Origin: Armatimonadota bacterium
GTDB lineage: Bacteria; Armatimonadota; UBA5829; DSUL01
NCBI GenBank assembly: GCA_039811685.1
Contig: JBDHZC010000001.1
Coordinates: 448,001-512,000, forward strand
Direction of reading: 5' to 3'
DNA: 64,000 nt
This document shows positions 40,296 to 51,282 of this stretch, in pieces (the first letter of the stretch is position 1; each line of letters opens with the position of its first letter). Under the pieces are notes generated by a model. It was given only the letters and a program-made list of their open reading frames with translations. It was not told the origin of the DNA and did no database searches. Position numbers and translations under genes: made by a program.

Positions 40296-41058
40296 GCGCG
40301 GGCGCTCTCTTTCGCCCGACGACAACGTACAACGCCACCCCTGCTGCAACCAGAAGCATACTGACAAACTGCGCTTGTGTCACAGGCCCCCAAAGGGTCT
40401 CGGCAGTCACTCCACGACGGAAGTTTTCCATCCAGAACCGTTCAAGGCTTGACAGGATAAGCCAGAGCGCAAACAAGCGTCCCGGCCGCAGATCGCGCCG
40501 CTCCAGCAGCACAAGAATGCCAAATATGCACAGACTGACAGCACTGGAATAAAGCTGAACCGGATGAGAAGGCACAGTCAGGGCATCCCCTCCATCCGCA
40601 TGAAAGCGAACCGCCCAGGGGAGAGAGCAGGCAGCGCCGTAACAGCATCCGTTCAGGAAACATCCGATGCGGGCGATTCCGTAGCTGAGGGCAATAGTTG
40701 GCGCAGAGAGGTCTGCCAGCCGTGGGATGCTGACGTTATGTCGAATAGCCCAGATCAGTCCGGCAATTCCACCAAAGGCAAGCCCGCCAAAAAATGTCAG
40801 TCCACCGTCCCAGACGTACAGAATACTGGCAGGTTGCAGCGCGTACTCTCGAAAGTTCAAAGCCGCGTAAGTCAGACGCGCGCCTGCCAGCCCGATGAGC
40901 ACAACAAGGAGGCCAATATCCAGCGTCTGTGCTTCGGTAATACCTGCGCGCTTCGCGTTGCGAGCGGCACGCCAGATACCCAGAGCACAGCCCAGCGCCA
41001 GCATGGATCCGTAGCTGTGAAGCGCAAGGCCGCCAAATCTAAACAGTACAGGATGCAT
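40288..41058 (-). CDS. lgt: Prolipoprotein diacylglyceryl transferase
   Basis: MHPVLF, GARL, RIGCFLNGCCYG, HPVQLY. Confidence 0.95.
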   Translation of the reverse strand: MHPVLFRFGGLALHSYGSMLALGCALGIWRAARNAKRAGITEAQTLDIGLLVVLIGLAGARLTYAALNFREYALQPASILYVWDGGLTFFGGLAFGGIAGLIWAIRHNVSIPRLADLSAPTIALSYGIARIGCFLNGCCYGAACSLPWAVRFHADGGDALTVPSHPVQLYSSAVSLCIFGILVLLERRDLRPGRLFALWLILSSLERFWMENFRRGVTAETLWGPVTQAQFVSMLLVAAGVALYVVVGRKRAPAHA

Positions 41059-42025
41059 TTGACTCCGAACCCGCCCTTTGCCTCACAAGCCCGTGGTACA
41101 ACAGGCCGGCAGTTCCCAGGGTAATCATTACATCAGCGAAATTGAACAGTGGGAAACGCGTGACGGGAAAAACCTCAATATAGTCTATTACTCCTTGACG
41201 AAAAATCCTGTCCACTAAGTTGCCTACAGCGCCGCCCATTATCACGGACAAAGAGAGCAACAGAAACGGATCTCGTTCTTCGCGCACCAGCCGGTAGCCA
41301 GCATAGATCATCAGCACGGTGATAAAGGCAAGCATAGGGCCGAGCGACTGGAACAGGCCAAACGCCGCACCGGTGTTCTGGATGACGTGAAACGACAGCA
41401 CACCGGGTACAACTACTTGCTGAGCGCCATCCAGTCCCAGAGAGTAGAGCACAAGAGCCTTGAGCGCCTGGTCAACGAAAGCGATCGCGACTGCGAGCGA
41501 GACGGGCGACGCCTGGCTTCCGAGCGGAGCGACGAGAAGCGCTGTCAGACTGAAGACCGCATATGCCCAGAAACCAATCTGAAGTATGCCAGTAAAGTTT
41601 ACGTGAATACCAAGAACAGTTACGGAGCTCATAGAAGCGTAAAGCCAGCCTGCCACAAGCACGCCGCTGAGACCAGCAACACCCAGCATAAGTGCTCGAC
41701 GACCTGACCACGCAATACTTACCAGAGCGAGTCCGAGAGTCAGCGGAGGGAGCATGAACGGAACAAAACTCCGACCCGTGTACCGCTCAATCCGGCTGAG
41801 TTTGGCGAGAATGTTCCAGTAGTTGAGAGTGTTATGTGTTCCACTAAACGGCAGTGCCAGCCATGGCGAGAACAGCGCAAACAGTAGCGCACATGCAAAA
41901 ACGATGCAGACCACAGCATTCTGGCGACTGCAAACGCTGCCTGCTCTCTCTGGCCCCCCGCTCTGCGACTCCGCTGGAAAGCCTGAACTCACGTTATCAA
42001 CTGACTTGAGAAAATCAGAGGCCAT
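41039..42025 (-). CDS. lspA: Signal peptidase II with N-terminal multi-TM extension
   Basis: DQALK, NTGAAFG, GNLVDR, VIDYI, FNFAD in the C-terminal half. Confidence 0.9.
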   Translation of the reverse strand: MASDFLKSVDNVSSGFPAESQSGGPERAGSVCSRQNAVVCIVFACALLFALFSPWLALPFSGTHNTLNYWNILAKLSRIERYTGRSFVPFMLPPLTLGLALVSIAWSGRRALMLGVAGLSGVLVAGWLYASMSSVTVLGIHVNFTGILQIGFWAYAVFSLTALLVAPLGSQASPVSLAVAIAFVDQALKALVLYSLGLDGAQQVVVPGVLSFHVIQNTGAAFGLFQSLGPMLAFITVLMIYAGYRLVREERDPFLLLSLSVIMGGAVGNLVDRIFRQGVIDYIEVFPVTRFPLFNFADVMITLGTAGLLYHGLVRQRAGSESNASCTV

Positions 42026-42377
42026 CCTCCATGTCCTGGCATTTCAGGCAAAGAGAGGCGGACGGCATCGCCTCCAGCCGCTCTGGAGCAATAGGAGTTC
42101 CGCACCGGTCGCACGTCCCGTAGGTCCCCTCCTCTATCTTCTCCAGCGCCCGATCGATTTTTTCAATAAGTGACTCGACGTTGTCCGAAAGCGCAATATC
42201 GCGCTCCCGCTCAAACGTGCTGCTTCCTGTATCGCCTGGATGATCGCCGTAGTCTGAGAGTTCACCTATCTCCTCCGACTGCCTGCGCTCGGAGTTCGAT
42301 TCGTCAACCTCATCTCGCTCTTCGATAAGACGCTGCCGCTCCTCCAGTAAATCAGCTTTTGTCACTGCCAAGTTCAT
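42015..42377 (-). CDS. TraR/DksA-family C4 zinc-finger protein (YteA/YlyA-like)
   Basis: ELSDYGDHPGD coiled-coil tip; YGTCDRCG..I..ERLEAMP...LCLKC. Confidence 0.92.
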   Translation of the reverse strand: MNLAVTKADLLEERQRLIEERDEVDESNSERRQSEEIGELSDYGDHPGDTGSSTFERERDIALSDNVESLIEKIDRALEKIEEGTYGTCDRCGTPIAPERLEAMPSASLCLKCQDMEDGL

Positions 42378-42380
42378 GTC

Positions 42381-45158
42381 TTACTCCCGGGGCTGGACAA
42401 CGAGCTTTGACACCACATCCGCACACCTTGCACACAAGTCAGGATGCGTGGAGTCATTTCCTACGTCTTCTCTTACCAGCCAGCACCGTTCACATTTTAC
42501 CCCGGGCGCAGGACTAACCTTCACCTGCCGGCCGTATTCTGAAGACGGGAGAAACTCCACCTTGCTGACGATGAACAGTGGACTCAACAACGGGGCGTTG
42601 TCTTGTAAGAAGCGCTCTTCCTCAGAGGACGGCGCGATAGACACCATCGCCTCCACCGGCTTTCCGATCTCCCCGGCTTGACGGGCTTCTTCAATGGTTC
42701 TGTAAACGTCTTCCCGCAAACTCATCAACGCTGCAAATTTTCGATCGAGTTCCTCATTCCTGAAATCCGGATTGACTTGCGGAAAGCTGGCCAGATGCAC
42801 ACTGGGCACCTCGGAGTCATAGCCAGCCGAACGCCACACTTCCTCGCACGTGTGCACCAGAACGGGCGCAACCAGTCGAACAAGCGCATGGAGCACGTGT
42901 AACAACGCCGTTTGAGCGGAGCGACGCTCAGAAGAATCCGGAGACTCCGCGTACAGGCAGTCTTTCACGATATCCAGATAGAGTGAACTAAGCTCAACCG
43001 CACAGAAGTTGTGCGCTTCGTGCATAACACGGTGGAACTCATAGGATTCATAGGCCTGCGTGACCGCCTCTGTCAGAACCTGGAGGCGATGCAGCATCCA
43101 GCGGTCAATTTCGTGCATTTCAGCAGGTGAGATCGACTGAGATGTATCGAAATCTGACAGATTGGCAATGAGGAAGCGGAAGGTGTTGCGAATACGCCGA
43201 TAGGTATCGGAGGCTCGCTGCAGAGCTTCCTCCCCCAGCCTGGCGTCACCCATCACATTGAAGGACGCAGCAGCGACACGCGCAACATCCGCGCCGTACT
43301 TGTTGATGACGTCTGCTGTGTTGATGACGTTGCCGCGGGACTTGTGCATCGCGTGTCCGTCCGCATCCACCATCCAACCGTTAGTCACAACAGAACGGAA
43401 AGGAGCTTCGCCTTTTGTGGCAACTCCAATCATCAGCGATTTGTTGAACCACCCACGGTGCTGGTCGTTGCCTTCCAGGTACAGATCCGCCGGATAGTGC
43501 AGCTCAGGCCAGGGCTTCCCTTCCAGTACAGCGCGACAGGTGGAACCGCTATCGAACCATACGTCCAGAATGTCGGTCTCTTTACGGAAACTTGTCCCTC
43601 CACAACTGCTGCATCGCGTTCCTTCCGGTAGCAGCTCTTCCGCAGGCCGGGCAAACCAGGCATCCGCTGTTTCCCGCTCTACGATATCAGCGACAAAATC
43701 GACCGTCTCTTTGTTCATTAACTCCGTATCGCACTGCTCGCAGAAAAAGACAGGGATTCCAACGCCCCACGCTCTTTGGCGGGAAATACACCAGTCCGGA
43801 GCGCCGCTCACCATGGCTGTGATTCGATTGATCGAATCTTCAGGAAGCCACTTGACCTTCCCAATCTGCTCAAGCGCTCGTTGTCTGTGGCCGCCGTGGT
43901 CCAGGCTCATGAACCACTGGACAGTAGCGCGGAAGATAACGGGCCCATGGCAGCGCCAGCAGTGGGGATAGCTGTGTGTGATCTCACCAGCGGCAACTAA
44001 CTGACCTGCCTCGCGCAAAGCGTCAACAACCGCCCCGTTGCCGCTGCGGATGTCCATTCCTTCAAACTGCCCAGCCTCTTTGGTGAAAACACCCTTCTCA
44101 TTGACGGGATTCAACACTTGCAGACCATAGGCTTTGCCAGTCTCAAAGTCCTCACGGCCGTGTCCCGGGGCGGTGTGAACGGCTCCTGTGCCTTCATCGA
44201 GGGTTACGTAGTCCGCAAAAACCAGCGGTGAGTCCCGGTCAAAAAGCGGATGCCGAAAGACCAGAGATTTGAGAGAATCTCCCCGGATCGTGCGAACCAC
44301 TTCAAAGGTCTTTCCTGTGCGCTGCGCAGCCTGTTCGATCAGAGCGCTGGCTATGAGCACAACTCTTCCGTCCATTTTCGCCAGGCTGTATTCGTAGGAA
44401 GGGTGCACCGCCACGGCCATGTTTGCTGGAATAGTCCACGGCGTTGTCGTCCAGATGAGGACGCCGGCTTCTCCGTCAAGCCCCTGATAGATGTTGTCTG
44501 GATCGCTCTTCAGCGGGAAAAACACATAGATTGAAGTGGAGACGTGATCGGCGTATTCAATTTCCGCATCCGCCAGCGCGGTCTCGCACGTTGGACACCA
44601 GTGAATAGGCCGCAGACCGCGATAGATGAACCCCTTGTCCACCAATTCACCAAAGACGCGGACAATGGCGGCTTCCATCTGCGGATCCATGGTCAGATAA
44701 GGACGATCCCAATCGCCACGGATTCCGAGACGGATGTACTGCTCACGCTGCGTATCAATCCAGTGCTGCGCATATTCCCTGCACCGCTTGCGGATAGCCA
44801 TCCGCTCGGGTGCGAGCTTCTTCTCCCGAAACTCCGCGGAGACGTTGTTCTCAATGGGCATGCCGTGATTGTCCCAGCCCGGGATGAACGGAGCGCGATA
44901 CCCGCACATCGTGCGGAACCGGGTTACGAAATCTTTAGGCAGCTTGTTCTGCATAGCGTTGCCGACATGCACGTGTCCATTTGAATACGGAGGCCCGTCG
45001 TGAAGGATGAATGTCCCTCTGGGAGCGTCTTTTTCCAGAGACTTTGCGTACAAATCGATCTCGTCCCAGACACGCTGGATGTCTGGCTCGCGCTGAGGCA
45101 GATTGGCCTTCATTGGGAAATCAGTTTTAGGCAGATTAAGAGTCTTAGAATAGTCCAT
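42381..45158 (-). CDS. ileS: Isoleucine--tRNA ligase (type 1, C-terminal Zn finger)
   Basis: TLNLPKTDFPM, DGPPY, WTTTPWT, GTGAVH.APGHG, WCISRQR, KCERCW..C..C. Confidence 0.98.
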   Translation of the reverse strand: MDYSKTLNLPKTDFPMKANLPQREPDIQRVWDEIDLYAKSLEKDAPRGTFILHDGPPYSNGHVHVGNAMQNKLPKDFVTRFRTMCGYRAPFIPGWDNHGMPIENNVSAEFREKKLAPERMAIRKRCREYAQHWIDTQREQYIRLGIRGDWDRPYLTMDPQMEAAIVRVFGELVDKGFIYRGLRPIHWCPTCETALADAEIEYADHVSTSIYVFFPLKSDPDNIYQGLDGEAGVLIWTTTPWTIPANMAVAVHPSYEYSLAKMDGRVVLIASALIEQAAQRTGKTFEVVRTIRGDSLKSLVFRHPLFDRDSPLVFADYVTLDEGTGAVHTAPGHGREDFETGKAYGLQVLNPVNEKGVFTKEAGQFEGMDIRSGNGAVVDALREAGQLVAAGEITHSYPHCWRCHGPVIFRATVQWFMSLDHGGHRQRALEQIGKVKWLPEDSINRITAMVSGAPDWCISRQRAWGVGIPVFFCEQCDTELMNKETVDFVADIVERETADAWFARPAEELLPEGTRCSSCGGTSFRKETDILDVWFDSGSTCRAVLEGKPWPELHYPADLYLEGNDQHRGWFNKSLMIGVATKGEAPFRSVVTNGWMVDADGHAMHKSRGNVINTADVINKYGADVARVAAASFNVMGDARLGEEALQRASDTYRRIRNTFRFLIANLSDFDTSQSISPAEMHEIDRWMLHRLQVLTEAVTQAYESYEFHRVMHEAHNFCAVELSSLYLDIVKDCLYAESPDSSERRSAQTALLHVLHALVRLVAPVLVHTCEEVWRSAGYDSEVPSVHLASFPQVNPDFRNEELDRKFAALMSLREDVYRTIEEARQAGEIGKPVEAMVSIAPSSEEERFLQDNAPLLSPLFIVSKVEFLPSSEYGRQVKVSPAPGVKCERCWLVREDVGNDSTHPDLCARCADVVSKLVVQPRE

Positions 45159-45207
45159 TCAGTGAAGCAATCTCAGAAGAAGAGCCTGCTGATGCAGGCT
45201 TTGCGAA

Positions 45208-46071
45208 TTATTTTTGAATCTCGGCGTAACGCACTAAGAAGTCTTGCAGCGCGTCCCTCCATGGTCGCATAGGAGGCAGATTTGCAAGTCTCAAGGCCCT
45301 GTGTTCCAGAACGGAGTATGCGGGCCGCTTTGTTGGCGAAGGCCACTCTTCGGAGTTAATTCTACTCAAATTCGCATCATTCAGTCCGCTATCCAGTAGA
45401 ATTGCCCTCGCAAACTCATGCCACGAGCAACTTCCTGAGTTTGTCACATGGTACACACCGTACAGAGGTTGTCGAATGATGCGCGCGACTGCTTCAGCCA
45501 GATCGACAGTGTAGGTTGGACTGCCTTCCTGATCTCCAATCACACGCAAAGGCTTGCCTTCTCTGGCCACGCGCAGAATAGTGGCGGGAAAAGACTTGCC
45601 GAGCGGCCCGTAAAGCCATGCCGTACGAGCGATATAGTGTTTGCGAACCATCTGGCGCACGAGTTCTTCACCCGCGTACTTGGTTCGCCCATAAACGCTG
45701 AGCGGATTTGCGCGCTCGAACTCATCGTAAGGTTGCGCCGCGCGCCCGTCAAAGACGAAATCTGTACTGATATACAGCATCGCGGCGTCTGTTTCCTGGC
45801 AGGCTGCCGCTATGTTCCAGGTTCCGCCCGCGTTCACTCTCCAGGCGGTTTCCGGCTCTGTCTGACAGGCATCCACGTTTGTAAAGGCGGCCAGGTGAAG
45901 AACCACGTCAGGTTTTGATCTGGCAATGAAGGTGCGTACCGCCCCTAGATCGGTGATGTCCAATGGGATAGAATCACCCGTGATATCCACGCCCACGACC
46001 TCATCGTCTGGAAGCGCCGAGACCATGTCCTGGCCCAGCATTCCAGACGCCCCTGTTACAAGAATCTTCAT
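45208..46071 (-). CDS. rfbD: dTDP-4-dehydrorhamnose reductase
   Basis: GASGMLG, STDFVFDG, YGRTK, KRPAYS. Confidence 0.95.
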   Translation of the reverse strand: MKILVTGASGMLGQDMVSALPDDEVVGVDITGDSIPLDITDLGAVRTFIARSKPDVVLHLAAFTNVDACQTEPETAWRVNAGGTWNIAAACQETDAAMLYISTDFVFDGRAAQPYDEFERANPLSVYGRTKYAGEELVRQMVRKHYIARTAWLYGPLGKSFPATILRVAREGKPLRVIGDQEGSPTYTVDLAEAVARIIRQPLYGVYHVTNSGSCSWHEFARAILLDSGLNDANLSRINSEEWPSPTKRPAYSVLEHRALRLANLPPMRPWRDALQDFLVRYAEIQK

Positions 46072-46202
46072 CCTCTGCCCATTCTCCAGAAAATCAACAT
46101 TGTACAGCTCACTGCTGTGCCCTTATATAGCCGACTCAAACCGCCCTCTGCTTGCGATGCCTCAACCAGCGATGAGTAGTGATTATGAGCTAAGGCCCTG
46201 CA

Positions 46203-46211
46203 TGGTATAAT
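46203..46211 (+). promoter_or_regulatory. Extended -10 promoter for the kinase gene
   Basis: TG-G-TATAAT about 80 nt upstream of GTG 46291. Confidence 0.55.
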
Positions 46212-46290
46212 CCGAGTGAACCGATTACCCCGGGATTTTGGTCGTTGACGGGCTTCTGGCTCCGTTTTCCGTTGAGAGCGTCCTGACGTC

Positions 46291-49200
46291 GTGAAGAACC
46301 TTGCAAGCACAGCCAAGCCCCCTCCAGAATCTGGAGCAAAGGGTGTGGAGCAGATATGGGAAGAGGCGGTCTCTGCCTTGTATGAGCAGTGGTCGCAGCG
46401 CTTTCCCGTACGTAGCCTGGCGATTTTTGGCGCAAGCGTTGATGAGCCACCCCTGCTCGCAAGCGCAGGCTCAGCAGGCGACGCAGGCGTCAGCAGGTTG
46501 AGGCTGGCAGCTATCTGTGAGCGCGATGGCGGGGCCCTGCCACCACAGACATTTTCCTTCTCAATTCGCGACGGATCGGCCGTGTCCGCTATCGCAGCGT
46601 GGGAAACAGCGGACGGTGACACTTACGAAGAGACTTCCAAGCTCGGCACAGAACTCCATCTCGCTGTTGAGAACGCAATCCTGCGCCAGAAATTGCTGGA
46701 AAGCAGAGTGGAAGAGGCCAATCGTCTGGAGCGGCTGCGGGCTGTCTATGACATCGGGCAGGCGATACACACCCGCACCGGACAGGACCTGCTGAGGTTT
46801 GTATGCGAGAAGTCCGCCTCAGTCATGCAGGCCCAGGCCTGTTCCCTGATGCTGAAGAACAGCAGCAACGAACTGGTCATCGTCGCCAGCTTCGGACTGC
46901 CGCAGGACATAGTACAGCGCACGCGCATTCCTCGCGGATCGGGAGTTGCGTGGCATGTGGCGCTCTCCGGGGAGCCGGTCCTGTTGAACGAATCTCCCTC
47001 TGAGCAAATTGGCGATATTACACTTGCTGACCGCTCGGACATTCAGTCTTCTTTGTGTGTCCCGTTGCGGGGGCATGATCAACGCGTGTCCGGCGTGCTT
47101 TCAATCCGGAGAATGATTCCGGCGCCTGAGTTTGAGGACGAAGATCTGCGTCTGTTTTGTGTCATTGCGGATCAGGTGGCGCTGGCTCTGGCGAATGCAG
47201 ACCTTCTCTCCAATTTGAACCGCCGTGTAAACGAAATGGCCACGGTCAACAGGCTAACGGCCGCCATCAACTCTACGCTGGATCTGGAATATGTCCTGGC
47301 TCAGATAGCGGACTGTATCATTGACGTCGTAGGTTTCGGAAGATGTATCCTGTATCTGACAGATTACAAGAACGGCCTGGAGGCTAGAATCGTGCGCGGC
47401 TATGGGGACGCTGACAGCTACGCCAGCACTCTCGAGCAGCCGACGGGCATTATGGAGATGGCCATTCGCGAGCAAATCGTCATTTCCGCAGAAGGCGAAG
47501 AGCTGACCACCGCATCCCCCGTTGAGGACCCTGAACTGGCAGGGTCGCATGCGGTTATCGCCGCTCCCATCGTCGTGCGCCGCCAGACAATCGGAGTAAT
47601 TGTTGCGGACAATCAGAATACCGCCCAGGCCGTGGACCCCGCACAGGTTGAGCTGCTATCGACGTTCGTCAATCATACTGGTCTGGCTATTGAAAACTCC
47701 CGGCTGTACGAGGCTATGGAGCAGAAATACTCCGAGCTGAATGTTCTCTACGAACTGTCCCGCACGATCGGATCGGCCTATGGACTGGACAACGCAGCGC
47801 AGCTTCTGTTGGAGGTGACACTCAAAGCCGTCCCTTATGCGTCGGCGGCGTTTGCGCTGGTGAACGAAAATCTGCAGCGGGCTTCCGTACATTCCACACG
47901 CCACACCAATCAGGATCATCCGGCGCCCTGGCAGATGCTTGAAGAGTCCGACGTAGCCGCGCTCATTTCCGATCTGCGCGATCTGAAAGTTGTGTCCCCG
48001 GAAACTGACGATCAAAGCGAGTGGGGCATGGCGTGCAGCCGTTTATTGCAGCAAACCGGCGCCCTGCTGTTTATGCCTCTTATCGCTGACAGGAGGCTTG
48101 TTGGAGTTCTGGCCCTTTCACGGGATTTCGGGCTGGAGTTTACGTCCAACGACATCAAGCTGTTGTCTATCATAAGCTCCCATGCAAGCGTCGTAATCAA
48201 AAATGCGGTGAGCTACGAACGCAGCGTACAGGAAAAAGTCCTCGAACTGTCTGCGCTGTATGAGTTTTCACAGCGAATCAGCACTGCGAGCACCTTGACT
48301 GAAGCTCTGGACAGCATCCTGGCCATTGTGAGTGATCTCGTTGAATGCGACGAATGCCTGATCTGGACCGTGGATTCGGAAACAAATGAGATGGACCTGC
48401 GCGCATCACGACTCGTCGGTATTGAGTCTGACGGAAAGCAGCTCCGTCCTCAAGTTGATGCGGGCCTTGCGGCGTGGGCGGTCCGAGAGCGCAAAGCGAT
48501 TGCGCTGGCAGATATTCGGCAGGACTCGCGCTTCTCTGAGGACACCCTGCGTGGAAGTCGCGTCCGCTCCCTGATGTCCATTCCGCTCATGGTGCAGGAC
48601 GAGGTCGTCGGTGTTCTCAGCGTGCACAGCTACACACCCAGCGCCTACACAGAGGGACAGGTTCGCACTCTGTCGGTAATCGCCTCACAGGCGGCCTCGC
48701 TGTACCGTGGTCTGGAGGCGCTGACCGCTCTGACTAGCTACACTGACAACATTCTGACCAGTGTAGCCGCAGGCGTTGTGGCCCTTGGCACGGATGGGTC
48801 TATTGTGAGTTGGAATCGCGCAGCGGAGGATATCCTTGAGCTTCCCGCCGAGTCCGCGCTGGGCAACGAGTTCTTTGACACTATCGAAGCCGTCAATGTC
48901 CCGAAAGAAGACCTGGCGAAGTTGATCAGCGCCATTGGGCGCGTCAAAGACACGGGAGCGTCGGAAAGAGGTGTCGAGATTGCTGCGCGGCTGAGTGAAG
49001 AGCGAACTCTCCATCTCACTCTCAGCATTTCCCAGCTTCAGAGCCACGCCGGTGAGCCACTGGGACTGGTCATCATCTTTGAGGACATCACGACGCAGGT
49101 TGAGATGCAGGTGGAAGTGCGCAGGATGCATGAGCTTGCGGCGATCGGCCAGCTTGCCGCCAGTATCGCTCATGAGCTGAGAAATCCGCTTTCGTCCATC

Positions 49201-49854
49201 AAGGGCGCCGCGCAGTTTCTGCAGCACGAAACGCATGACCCATCCACAGTCGAGTTTCTCGGCATCATTCTTGAGGAAGTTGACGGCCTCAACAAGATCG
49301 CCAGCGAGTTTCTGGACTTTGCCAGACAACTCAAGCTGGAAACTACTGAGGTCAACCTGTCTGACGTCATTCAGAAGCAGCTCTCGCTGCTGGCGCCACA
49401 GCTCGAAGAAGCAAATACTGTTGCGGAGAGTCACATAGATCCCGAAGTTCCACCTATTGTGTGCGACCAGAAGCACCTGGAGCAGGTTCTTCTCAACCTT
49501 GCGTTGAACTCTATCCAGGCGATGCAGGAAGGTGGGCGGCTGGCAATTTCCGTGCGGCCTTCTCAAAAATGGCCGGAACACGTCCAGATAGACGTCAAAG
49601 ACACCGGCGCAGGCATTGCGCCAGAGCGCCTGGGAAAGATATTCACCCCGTTTTTCACTACCAAAGTCAAAGGCACGGGTCTCGGTCTCCCGGTGGTCCA
49701 GAAGATTGTTCAGAACCATCAGGGGCATATCGAGGTTGACTCAAAAATAGGAGATGGAGCGTTGTTCAGAATACACCTCCCAATCGCCGGGCCCCGGCCG
49801 TCACTGTTGGGTGAGTTTCCTGATTCACCTCCAGACCTCCTGGAGCGTACGTAG
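46291..49854 (+). CDS. Cytoplasmic multi-GAF + PAS sensor histidine kinase (NtrB/AtoS-like)
   Basis: Four GAF-like repeats, a PAS domain, AHELRNPL H-box, N/G1/F/G2 boxes (DTGAGI, FFTTK, GTGLGL); no TM helices. Confidence 0.93.
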   Translation: MKNLASTAKPPPESGAKGVEQIWEEAVSALYEQWSQRFPVRSLAIFGASVDEPPLLASAGSAGDAGVSRLRLAAICERDGGALPPQTFSFSIRDGSAVSAIAAWETADGDTYEETSKLGTELHLAVENAILRQKLLESRVEEANRLERLRAVYDIGQAIHTRTGQDLLRFVCEKSASVMQAQACSLMLKNSSNELVIVASFGLPQDIVQRTRIPRGSGVAWHVALSGEPVLLNESPSEQIGDITLADRSDIQSSLCVPLRGHDQRVSGVLSIRRMIPAPEFEDEDLRLFCVIADQVALALANADLLSNLNRRVNEMATVNRLTAAINSTLDLEYVLAQIADCIIDVVGFGRCILYLTDYKNGLEARIVRGYGDADSYASTLEQPTGIMEMAIREQIVISAEGEELTTASPVEDPELAGSHAVIAAPIVVRRQTIGVIVADNQNTAQAVDPAQVELLSTFVNHTGLAIENSRLYEAMEQKYSELNVLYELSRTIGSAYGLDNAAQLLLEVTLKAVPYASAAFALVNENLQRASVHSTRHTNQDHPAPWQMLEESDVAALISDLRDLKVVSPETDDQSEWGMACSRLLQQTGALLFMPLIADRRLVGVLALSRDFGLEFTSNDIKLLSIISSHASVVIKNAVSYERSVQEKVLELSALYEFSQRISTASTLTEALDSILAIVSDLVECDECLIWTVDSETNEMDLRASRLVGIESDGKQLRPQVDAGLAAWAVRERKAIALADIRQDSRFSEDTLRGSRVRSLMSIPLMVQDEVVGVLSVHSYTPSAYTEGQVRTLSVIASQAASLYRGLEALTALTSYTDNILTSVAAGVVALGTDGSIVSWNRAAEDILELPAESALGNEFFDTIEAVNVPKEDLAKLISAIGRVKDTGASERGVEIAARLSEERTLHLTLSISQLQSHAGEPLGLVIIFEDITTQVEMQVEVRRMHELAAIGQLAASIAHELRNPLSSIKGAAQFLQHETHDPSTVEFLGIILEEVDGLNKIASEFLDFARQLKLETTEVNLSDVIQKQLSLLAPQLEEANTVAESHIDPEVPPIVCDQKHLEQVLLNLALNSIQAMQEGGRLAISVRPSQKWPEHVQIDVKDTGAGIAPERLGKIFTPFFTTKVKGTGLGLPVVQKIVQNHQGHIEVDSKIGDGALFRIHLPIAGPRPSLLGEFPDSPPDLLERT

Positions 49855-50021
49855 AACAGAGCCCGCTGAACTCAGCGCAAGGCGCCCTTTACCCTTGTGT
49901 TCAGCAGTTCGAGCGGCCGATAATAGTCAAGCGCGCAACGTCCTGCCACACTACTCCAAGACTACTGGCTACCGGAGGTTCGATACGACAGGACGCAGCA
50001 GCGCTCTAAGAAGGATTTGCA

Positions 50022-51221
50022 TTGTCTGATAACGGTCGACCTGGCAGCATTCTAATCGCGGATGATGAGCCCAACATTCGTCGTGTCCTTGAGGCAACCT
50101 TTCAGCGCGAAGGCTACGAGGTGATGACAGCGGAGAGCGGTAAGAAGGCTCTGGATATTCTCAAAGCAAACCAGACCACAGATGTCCTCATCAGCGATCT
50201 GATTATGCCGGACATCAACGGAGTCGAGCTTCTGGAGATTGTCCGGGATATGATTCCGTCGCTGTCGGTTGTGATGATAACCGCGCATGGGACAATCAAG
50301 ACCGCAGTGGACGCGATGCGTCTCGGCGCTTTTGACTACGTCACCAAACCATTCGATGTCGACGAGCTGAAGACACTGGTCAAGAAGGCGATCGAGCGCC
50401 GGCAGATGGCCTCGCCAGACTCCAGTGTCAAGGAAAAGCTCAAGACTGCCTACAAGTTTGACCGGATTATTGGCTCTTCACCCAGGATGCAGGAAATACT
50501 GGCGATGGTCGGAAGGGTGGCCAACTCTCGCGCCAGCGTTCTGATCCGCGGTGAAAGCGGAACGGGTAAGGAAGCTATCGCCCGCGCGATTCACTTTAAC
50601 TCACCGCGCGCCAACAATGCGCTGGTCGCGGTAGCGTGTATCGCTCTTTCTGAGAACCTGCTTGAAAGTGAGCTTTTCGGACACGAAAAAGGCTCCTTCA
50701 CGGGCGCTCTGGCGCAGAAAACTGGACGCTTTGAGATGGCGCACAGAGGCAGTCTGTTTCTGGATGAAATCGGCGACATTCCGCACCCCGTACAGATGAA
50801 GCTTCTACGTGTGCTGCAGGAGCGTGAGTTCGAGCGGGTTGGCGGAAACAAGACTATCAGGGTGGATGTGCGGCTGATAACGGCCACCAATCAGGACCTG
50901 GAGGCGCTGGTAAAATCAGGAGACTTCCGGGAAGACCTGCTCTACCGTCTGAAAGTTGTGGAGATTGTCCTGCCGCCTTTGAGGGAACGCAAGGAAGACA
51001 TCCCCGCGCTTGTCAAGCATTTTGTCGAGCGTTACGGAAGTGAGGATGGTAGAAGCATCACAGGCGCTGGAAGGGACTTCCTGAAAGCGCTCGAGTCCTA
51101 CAACTGGCCTGGGAACATTCGCGAACTCGAAAACGCGATTGAGCGAGCTTGCGTGCTCGCCGACCCTGGCGCCAGAGAGCTGACCGCAGACCTCCTTCCA
51201 CCCGCTGTTACTGCAAATTAA
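50022..51221 (+). CDS. Sigma54-dependent response regulator (REC + AAA+) lacking the C-terminal HTH
   Basis: REC domain (ADDE, D, K); [33 protein letters not shown]; stops about 20 aa after the AAA lid. Confidence 0.93.
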   Translation: MSDNGRPGSILIADDEPNIRRVLEATFQREGYEVMTAESGKKALDILKANQTTDVLISDLIMPDINGVELLEIVRDMIPSLSVVMITAHGTIKTAVDAMRLGAFDYVTKPFDVDELKTLVKKAIERRQMASPDSSVKEKLKTAYKFDRIIGSSPRMQEILAMVGRVANSRASVLIRGESGTGKEAIARAIHFNSPRANNALVAVACIALSENLLESELFGHEKGSFTGALAQKTGRFEMAHRGSLFLDEIGDIPHPVQMKLLRVLQEREFERVGGNKTIRVDVRLITATNQDLEALVKSGDFREDLLYRLKVVEIVLPPLRERKEDIPALVKHFVERYGSEDGRSITGAGRDFLKALESYNWPGNIRELENAIERACVLADPGARELTADLLPPAVTAN

Positions 51222-51282
51222 CTCGCTGACAAGCGCTTAGTCAGGGGAGCCGTCATGGGCGAGAACGGATGAGTTCGCTGGG

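Noticed and set aside
48685..49728. 347-aa antisense ORF
   Set aside because: Shadow of the histidine kinase on the opposite strand; no recognisable motifs
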